Positions 58,041 through 64,000 of a stretch of 64,000 bases of DNA are shown piece by piece (the stretch's first letter is position 1; each line of letters starts with the position of its first letter). A program made the translations under genes and the position numbers. Where the stretch lies: sequence record OR529409.1, one strand, 5' to 3'. The notes beneath the pieces are model-generated. The model worked only from the letters and a program-made list of their open reading frames with translations, was not told where the DNA came from and did not search any database.

Positions 58041-58161
58041 CTTAGATTTTAATCAGGAGAGGTGTCCCTCTCCTGGTTTATTTTACTTGTATTCTTTTTG
58101 GGGCAGGATTATCACGAAGAAACCCGCAAATAAACCTTTAGGAGTTAACGCCATCATGAAT
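58041..58161 (+). repeat. Terminator-promoter-RBS cassette, copy 2
   Basis: Same as copy 1; 33 nt perfectly identical (56853-56885 vs 58067-58099); ends TTTAGGA...CATCATGAAT. Confidence 0.85.
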
Positions 58162-58881
58162 ATCAATAAGCTGCCAGAGAATCATCACGTCATTTCTTCT
58201 ATGGTCAATCCGTTTGACCCTAACGAAGAATTGTTCTTCGTTACCCATCCTCGTGTAAATACTTACTTGGATCTCGATGTTTGGTTCTGTGATATGGGTA
58301 CCGGGGATATGAGAGTTGTCGAGCTCTACGGCAAAGTGTCCGACGCTCGGTTATTTCCCCATATGGAAAAACACGTGTCCGACAACTCGGTTCAGTTTCT
58401 TTATCCGGCCGTCATTCTTCCCATCTCCATGAAAGCACGGGGGTTTAAAAATGACATCTCTTTGGAACTTTTACCCGAATCCCCAGACGATCTCCGTTTA
58501 AATCCATTCTCGGTCAATAGCGATGACCGAACGTATATGATGGGAGACAGTATTCAGGAACGAGCTAACGCCAGTAAAGCTCTTCATCACCCTTCCCCAG
58601 AGGAAATATCTGATGGGGCTAATAAGGAGTACGAGGCGAGGAGAGCAGCTTTGAAAGAACTGCTGGAAAGCGGAGATGAAATTAAAGCCATTCCGAAAAC
58701 CGCTTATCATACTAAAGAGTTTTCAGATGCTTTGGGTACCGCGCTTGTATCAGATCCGCATTTCAGTATTCCTGCCAGTTATAAACATCACCCGGCTTTT
58801 CAAAAACCTAACCCGAAGAAACCTAAACCTAATCGTAACCTGGACACGATCATGGGGTTGTTAGTGAGGACCAAGAAGTGA
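58156..58881 (+). CDS. Hypothetical protein
   Basis: Start reassigned to ATG 58156 using the cassette's RBS. Confidence 0.65.
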   Translation: MNINKLPENHHVISSMVNPFDPNEELFFVTHPRVNTYLDLDVWFCDMGTGDMRVVELYGKVSDARLFPHMEKHVSDNSVQFLYPAVILPISMKARGFKNDISLELLPESPDDLRLNPFSVNSDDRTYMMGDSIQERANASKALHHPSPEEISDGANKEYEARRAALKELLESGDEIKAIPKTAYHTKEFSDALGTALVSDPHFSIPASYKHHPAFQKPNPKKPKPNRNLDTIMGLLVRTKK

Positions 58882-59252
58882 CAGAAACTTATCAGAGTTG
58901 GGTCGCTGAGTTTAAAAAATCCGTCAGCGAGCTCAAAGAAGTCGAATCGGCCGGCTACGGCAAATATCGTTTAGGTGTGCAGGATCCGCCAGGAAAGCCC
59001 TACGTCCTGGTAGAAGTAAAAACTTCTGATTGTGCGTACACGCCCAACTATTCGTTGGATCTTGTGAAAACGATTAAGATTCCAAAACCTAAAGGGTTGA
59101 GGTTATCGGTAGAACGTCGCATTCGATTAGTGGGGTATCTTTTACAAATCGGGGTGTTCGATCTACTCACCCAGGCAGAATGGGGGGTGATCTTTAATGT
59201 CTCTCGTGGATCCATTTGGCATTATAAGAAACAGAACGAGGAATCGCTATGA
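58878..59252 (+). CDS. Hypothetical protein with C-terminal HTH-like motif
   Basis: LTQAEWGVIFNVSRGSIWHY. Confidence 0.6.
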   Translation: MTETYQSWVAEFKKSVSELKEVESAGYGKYRLGVQDPPGKPYVLVEVKTSDCAYTPNYSLDLVKTIKIPKPKGLRLSVERRIRLVGYLLQIGVFDLLTQAEWGVIFNVSRGSIWHYKKQNEESL

Positions 59253-59563
59253 AGATTTATGCGGTCGTTAGTAAGGAAACCGATAATGTGATCGCTCAGT
59301 TTCTCGATCACGGGACGGAGAAAGTCAAGTTCAATGGGATCAAATTGGGGATCTTGGATCAACAGGTTCATCCAGATGAAAGAGAGCTGCTGAAAGTCGT
59401 AGAGGTTTATCTTTCATCTTCAAAGGGAAAGATGGATCAGACGAAACAACTCGATTCCGACACGTTTATTGTTGAGAGCCTCAGTTATTATGAGGAGGTT
59501 GATTTTGTCTATCTATCTCGTAACCCTGAGCGTGACATCGCTCTGTGCACACCAAAGGAATAA
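59249..59563 (+). CDS. Hypothetical protein
   Basis: 104 aa; ATGA-coupled. Confidence 0.6.
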   Translation: MKIYAVVSKETDNVIAQFLDHGTEKVKFNGIKLGILDQQVHPDERELLKVVEVYLSSSKGKMDQTKQLDSDTFIVESLSYYEEVDFVYLSRNPERDIALCTPKE

Positions 59564-59565
59564 CG

Positions 59566-59931
59566 ATGCCCGAGATTGTAACCGCTTTTAGTGCTTGGGA
59601 ATCGAAGTTCGTTTCCAGTTTAAATGAAATGGAAAATTTTCTGAAGACTCCACCCGAACACACCAAAATCGAATCGACGATCAAAGGGACCAAACACGGT
59701 GTTTGGATTACGTTACTTTATTTCAAAGACCGGGACGTCGTTCTAGGGAGAAGTTTCTCTATCACCAAGTGCCCTATCTACGTTGCGAATAACGTCGTGA
59801 GAACCAAACTGATTCGTCATATCGCCGACCGTGGATTAGAGTCAATTGTTTCGATGACTCGGTGGGGCGGTATCTTAGGAATGAGTTCCGCCACCACCAT
59901 TCGATGTTTTAAAGAAACTAAAGCACAATAA
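59566..59931 (+). CDS. Hypothetical protein with C-terminal HTH-like motif (paralog of 58878-59252)
   Basis: VSMTRWGGILGMSSATTIRCF; ATG 59566 with AAGGA RBS. Confidence 0.6.
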   Translation: MPEIVTAFSAWESKFVSSLNEMENFLKTPPEHTKIESTIKGTKHGVWITLLYFKDRDVVLGRSFSITKCPIYVANNVVRTKLIRHIADRGLESIVSMTRWGGILGMSSATTIRCFKETKAQ

Positions 59932-59962
59932 CCTTTCAATACCTTTATTTAGGAAAAATATC

Positions 59963-60490
59963 ATGGCCAAACATTTTGCAGAAGATTTTAAATTAATGCT
60001 AGATCTTCACCAGCGCGTACCAGTTGAAGTACTCAGGGCCTCAGACCAGGTTAAAGCCGCAGTTAAGGTTATCGTAGACACTGTGTCTAAAATCAACGAA
60101 GCTCACCCTAGCAAACTCTTACAATCAGGGTTTGTTATCACGGGATCTCATATTGCAAAAAATACTGATTTTGTTATTGAGCAAACCGAACTTAAGTTGG
60201 CATTATCAGAAATAGTGAGTTCTTCTTGTTACCGTGTAAAGATTGATCTGGTGAACACGAAAAATGACCGTCCTTCCTCGGCGGACCACCACATCTTATC
60301 CGAAGCTATTTTACTAGCTTTGGATATTTATGCGGTCTCCCCCTCTGGGGTTAGAGTGAATGATAAACCTAAACCCAGCCTGTGTTTAGCAAATCATTTA
60401 CAAGAAAGTTTTAAAATGTATTCTTGCGAAGCTTTCGTTAATATCAACCCCTACGCGATAGACATCCTCTTCCCTATCGTTTCATTATAA
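59963..60490 (+). CDS. Hypothetical protein
   Basis: 175 aa; RBS AGGA. Confidence 0.65.
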   Translation: MAKHFAEDFKLMLDLHQRVPVEVLRASDQVKAAVKVIVDTVSKINEAHPSKLLQSGFVITGSHIAKNTDFVIEQTELKLALSEIVSSSCYRVKIDLVNTKNDRPSSADHHILSEAILLALDIYAVSPSGVRVNDKPKPSLCLANHLQESFKMYSCEAFVNINPYAIDILFPIVSL

Positions 60491-60521
60491 TCAAAAATCT
60501 CCGTACCCTACCTAAATAAGG

Positions 60522-60875
60522 ATGAAGAAAATGAGTACATTTCTGTTAGTTGTATCTGGCTGGTTCGCTCTGTCTGTTATCTGCGTCGCCGGCTACTCCT
60601 TCGTAAGAGAGGGGTGGAAAAAAGAAGATCTCTCTTGGTCGGAGTTTATTAAACAAAGCACGATCTGCGCTAACGTCATTAAAGACAAAGCGGCGCATAA
60701 ACCTCACGATGTGACGTTGGCGGATTTCTTAAACTCCGAAGAAGTTAAACTTTGGTTAAAGGGTTTTGACTACGATGTTGAAGAGAAAACCAATTCTTAC
60801 GTTATTACGTTGAGAACGCCGTCTCACGCAAGAGACTTTTTGTTGCCGCGACAGTTGTTCCCTAATGCCGCATAA
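60522..60875 (+). CDS. Membrane-anchored or exported hypothetical protein
   Basis: N-terminal hydrophobic segment FLLVVSGWFALSVICVAG. Confidence 0.6.
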   Translation: MKKMSTFLLVVSGWFALSVICVAGYSFVREGWKKEDLSWSEFIKQSTICANVIKDKAAHKPHDVTLADFLNSEEVKLWLKGFDYDVEEKTNSYVITLRTPSHARDFLLPRQLFPNAA

Positions 60876-60878
60876 AAC

Positions 60879-60912
60879 AGTATAGTCCATCCCCTAGGGG
60901 ATGGACTATACT
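60879..60912 (+). terminator. Terminator, perfect 34-bp palindrome plus T-run
   Basis: AGTATAGTCCATCCCCTAGGGGATGGACTATACT. Confidence 0.85.
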
Positions 60913-60942
60913 CAACATTTCATTTTTTTTTTTCACTAACGA

Positions 60943-60950
60943 ATTTTATG
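60943..60950 (+). promoter_or_regulatory. Putative late promoter ATTTTATG
   Basis: Same 8-mer as upstream of the capsid gene and fibre genes. Confidence 0.55.
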
Positions 60951-61025
60951 CTTTGAAGACCGAGTATGTGGGACGCCGCATAAACGTAATCATACATGTA
61001 TGCTTATTGGTGAAAAGAGGACTCT

Positions 61026-63413
61026 ATGACCACACCAACACAACTGCCGATACCCAGCAGTAATTTGCTGGATTCGAGATTTAACTTTGAGAAATTAGAT
61101 CAGATAGTTAACAGTGACTCTAACTATTATACCGATCGTTTCGGTAAACAGAGGTTGACTGTCAAGGGATTGGAAAATCTTGCCAATCAGATTTCTATTG
61201 ATCTGGAGAATAATCTCACTACTCCAGATGGATACAGAATGATAGGTAAAGTCGCTTCTTTCAATGATCTTAGATCGATTCCCCCGCTTATCGATGGCCA
61301 AAAAATTATACTTAACGAATGGGAAATAGGTTACAATGCTGGCGGCGGTGAATTTGTCGGAAGAATGGGGGATAACATTGACGACGGGGGGCATATTGCC
61401 GCTGGCGATGGGTTTTACTGGGAACGAGTAACTGATGCCGTTAATCTTGATCATTACGGTATTAAAATATCATCCCGGGTAACCAGCACTTTTTACGATT
61501 GCACCGATGCTTTACAACAAGCAACTAATCGAGCTATAGCTACAGGACTTCCTTTAGTTTCAACTTATACCTACCAAAACGATCCCGGAACGGATTCCTA
61601 CCCAAGATTTGGTATTTACATTAGCAAAACTTGGGAAATCACCGGATTAAAACAGTTAATTGGTCAGTTTAATATTTTTGTCAAGGCTTCTGAATTATCT
61701 GTATCGGGCACCATTCCTATCGGCGCCACAGTACCTTACGCCATTATTGACGCAAACTGCAAATGGGGAGAAAATGGTAAAATTTTCTCTACTTCGGCAG
61801 GGAACCAGATGATTGATAAGATTGTGCTTTTTAACATGGATGGTTACAAGGCAGACGTTTTCTTAAACGGTATGTTGATTATCGCCAACGGATCAAGATT
61901 TAACTATCTCTCGGCTACTTCTTTTAACGGAAGAGGAGTGAATTTTGCTGATGCTTACGATAATTACATTCAGGACGTCAGGGTTCAGTGGTCTGGTAAC
62001 CAAAATAACTATGCTTTAACCGTAGGCTCGTGGAAAGCCGATTCGACGTCTAAAGGCGACGAATCTAACGCCAATACCTTCGCCAACATCATGACGCACA
62101 ATAGTATTGAAAAATCATGGATGATCGTTGGGTCCAAACAGACGGTTGTTAGGATTCATGATGAAGCGATACTGGCTAAAACTTCAGCACCCACTTCACC
62201 GTACGGATTTGAGTCTCGTAACGGGTACGGTTATGCTTCGTGTTATTTTAGTAGTCAGGCCGGCTCACTATTGGAAGTGTCGTTTAGTACTTTTGATTCC
62301 GCAAGCACGGTAGAACCGGTACTCTGCATCGGCGGCGGGGTAGGGATATCAGTAGGGACTATATATCTAAATCAAGATAAAGGTATCGTCTCCGTTATAA
62401 ACGGCGACCCTGGATATGTGGGAGCGAGCCATATTCAATCGATTACATCGAGGGAATTAAGAACCGTGGCTAACGCAAACACGACAATAGGTAACGTTAA
62501 GGTAGAGACCCTAATACTTAACGATCCTAAGTCGGCTATTACCGGAGGGGTCGTTTCAAAAGATTTAACGGTCAATAGTTCATCAGTAGGAATTTCTATC
62601 GGCGATTTGACAGTTTCCGGAGTAGCTACGTTTAACACAGCATCTTTAGTTCGGAATGTTTTGTTCAATTCTGACGTCGTAATAAACTACGATTGGTATT
62701 CTACCGTTTCGCTTAGAATGACACACGTTTTCGCACATTGCAGATTTTTGGGTAACTTCTCATCGGAAGCTTCCCGGGTAGTTATTAGTGATTCGTCCAT
62801 AGGCGCCGCCAATAAAACCTTTAACGTACTCGGAGCAGGTGAAACAGTGACCGTTAAGGGTGGGAGATTATACTCTCCGATAACTCTTTCCAATAAAGGT
62901 GGTTTGTTCTTAGACGAAGTCTCTTATAGTGGCGGAACGATTACATCATCCTCAACCGGTGACGTCGCAATAAGGAATGGCTTAGGTATGTCTACGACGT
63001 CTTTTACTTCTTCGGTTTCCGGTAAACTGTCTATAGACGGAACTCTTTTTGGACAGGTTACAGGAACTGGATCAATTTACTTAAATAACTCCACCATAAC
63101 CGGAGCGTATACCGTGGGGGACAACGGCATAGCCTATTTTACCAATTCCGTTGTTGGGGATTTTTTAATAAGCGGGACCGGTGTAAAAGTAGACGCCATT
63201 AAGTCATTCTTCAATAAGTTCAATTTTGATACCGGTAAAACTAATACAGGTATATGGAGAATTTCTCCTGATTGTATTACCTGGACTAGTGCAAACTGGG
63301 TCACCCCCACGGTATCGTCAGGGTACGGTTTGCGCACCTACGACATGAGCACGGGTTCACTTTATAAAACAGTGAGTAACGTCTGGAAAAAAGTTACAGA
63401 AACTACCGCGTAA
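61026..63413 (+). CDS. Tailspike/depolymerase 2 (beta-helix)
   Basis: Anchor TPTQLPIPS...YYTDRFGKQRLT; DDGGHIAAG..FYWER segment; DCTDALQQA beta-helix entry; long beta-solenoid. Confidence 0.8.
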   Translation: MTTPTQLPIPSSNLLDSRFNFEKLDQIVNSDSNYYTDRFGKQRLTVKGLENLANQISIDLENNLTTPDGYRMIGKVASFNDLRSIPPLIDGQKIILNEWEIGYNAGGGEFVGRMGDNIDDGGHIAAGDGFYWERVTDAVNLDHYGIKISSRVTSTFYDCTDALQQATNRAIATGLPLVSTYTYQNDPGTDSYPRFGIYISKTWEITGLKQLIGQFNIFVKASELSVSGTIPIGATVPYAIIDANCKWGENGKIFSTSAGNQMIDKIVLFNMDGYKADVFLNGMLIIANGSRFNYLSATSFNGRGVNFADAYDNYIQDVRVQWSGNQNNYALTVGSWKADSTSKGDESNANTFANIMTHNSIEKSWMIVGSKQTVVRIHDEAILAKTSAPTSPYGFESRNGYGYASCYFSSQAGSLLEVSFSTFDSASTVEPVLCIGGGVGISVGTIYLNQDKGIVSVINGDPGYVGASHIQSITSRELRTVANANTTIGNVKVETLILNDPKSAITGGVVSKDLTVNSSSVGISIGDLTVSGVATFNTASLVRNVLFNSDVVINYDWYSTVSLRMTHVFAHCRFLGNFSSEASRVVISDSSIGAANKTFNVLGAGETVTVKGGRLYSPITLSNKGGLFLDEVSYSGGTITSSSTGDVAIRNGLGMSTTSFTSSVSGKLSIDGTLFGQVTGTGSIYLNNSTITGAYTVGDNGIAYFTNSVVGDFLISGTGVKVDAIKSFFNKFNFDTGKTNTGIWRISPDCITWTSANWVTPTVSSGYGLRTYDMSTGSLYKTVSNVWKKVTETTA

Positions 63414-63617
63414 CCTAGACCGAGTTTCGGGACTGGAGAAATTTCTGTTCAGCTTATGATCTTCGAAGGCGGCAGGCGTAAAACACCCGTATTCCTGTTT
63501 ACGGTTACGCCGCCGATTAGACCTGAAGAAAACCAAGAAATTGTGGGACTTCGTGTTTACGAAGAAGCGACTAATAACGTTTGTCATAGCTTTACTTAGG
63601 CTCAATAGAACATAATT

Positions 63618-63655
63618 AAATCCGACTACTCCGTTAGGAGTAGTCGGATTTTATG
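63618..63655 (+). promoter_or_regulatory. Terminator hairpin fused to late-promoter motif
   Basis: AAATCCGACTACTCC-GTTA-GGAGTAGTCGGATTT, running into ATTTTATG (63648-63655). Confidence 0.65.
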
Positions 63656-63692
63656 TCGAACCATATTTAACTTTCGAATCCGGGGAATAACG

Positions 63693-64000
63693 ATGACGTT
63701 ACCTACTCAAAACCCTATTCCGAGCTCATCTATAACCGATCAGCTCTTTAATGCTGAAAAAATAGATCAGGTCGTTAACTCAGATGATTTACAGTACACC
63801 GACAGGTTTGGTAGAACCAGATTTACCTTTGCTGGACTTTACAACATCATTCAAACATGGTTAGGATCGCTAGCCAATCCAGACGGTGCCGCTAATATAG
63901 GACTCCGACAAGGAGGAACCGTCCAGTCTGAAATTAGAACTGTTTCTCTTGAATCCTGCGGCGCGGTTGGTGATGGTGTAACTGACGATACTTTAGCTTT
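63693..64000 (+). CDS. Tailspike/depolymerase 3, 3'-truncated by the window edge (not in the ORF track)
   Basis: MTLPTQNPIPSSSITDQLFNAEKIDQVVNSDDLQYTDRFGRTRFT...CGAVGDGVTDDTLA; same anchor as 61026 plus a pectate-lyase-3 GAVGDGVTDDT motif. Confidence 0.85.
   Translation, partial: MTLPTQNPIPSSSITDQLFNAEKIDQVVNSDDLQYTDRFGRTRFTFAGLYNIIQTWLGSLANPDGAANIGLRQGGTVQSEIRTVSLESCGAVGDGVTDDTLA

Noticed and set aside
61080-61110. DQIVNS/DQVVNS in the tailspike anchors resembling the DxIVNQ repeats at 39506-39823
   Set aside because: Too short and lacks the hhP[ED] half; not evidence of homology.
1-64000. CRISPR array, tRNA, rRNA
   Set aside because: No regularly spaced repeat-spacer units or cloverleaf/rRNA-like segments were seen by eye; tRNAscan and CRISPR finders were not run.
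1-64000. Alternative genetic code (stop-codon reassignment)
   Set aside because: The standard code gives full-length conserved proteins at high coding density; TAA, TGA and TAG are all used as real stops.

Overview
This is a 64-kb segment of a phiKZ-like (nucleus-forming, Chimalliviridae-type) jumbo myophage. The host is probably an enterobacterium, inferred from the spanin pair, the lipobox and host-type optimal codons in the capsid gene. All family assignments come from motifs and remembered synteny; no database search was run. Core block: DnaB-like helicase, major capsid protein, non-virion RNAP beta subunit, portal, baseplate/virion proteins, RuvC, holin candidate with i-/o-spanins, a gp131-like fibre paralog cluster with a depolymerase-type tailspike, central spike, SbcC, NAD-dependent ligase, RNase H and an HslU-like ATPase. 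The accessory content is the most interesting part: (i) a stand-alone, catalytically intact TnpB with an omegaRNA-like 3' region but no TnpA; (ii) an early-promoter operon of three paralogous, highly codon-optimised glycine-zipper membrane proteins; (iii) an anti-defence island (Acb1, Tad2-like sponge, GNAT, unknowns) containing a duplicated terminator-promoter-RBS cassette; (iv) a signal-peptide-bearing gp144-type transglycosylase behind a promoter-terminator (attenuator-like) leader; (v) a fibre paralog ending in six 19-aa acidic repeats; (vi) a G10 tract that would switch a fibre gene off on slippage; (vii) a tandem pair of catalytically dead prohead-protease-like domains; (viii) two further tailspikes with non-native anchor domains at the right end. 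No CRISPR array, tRNA or rRNA was seen.
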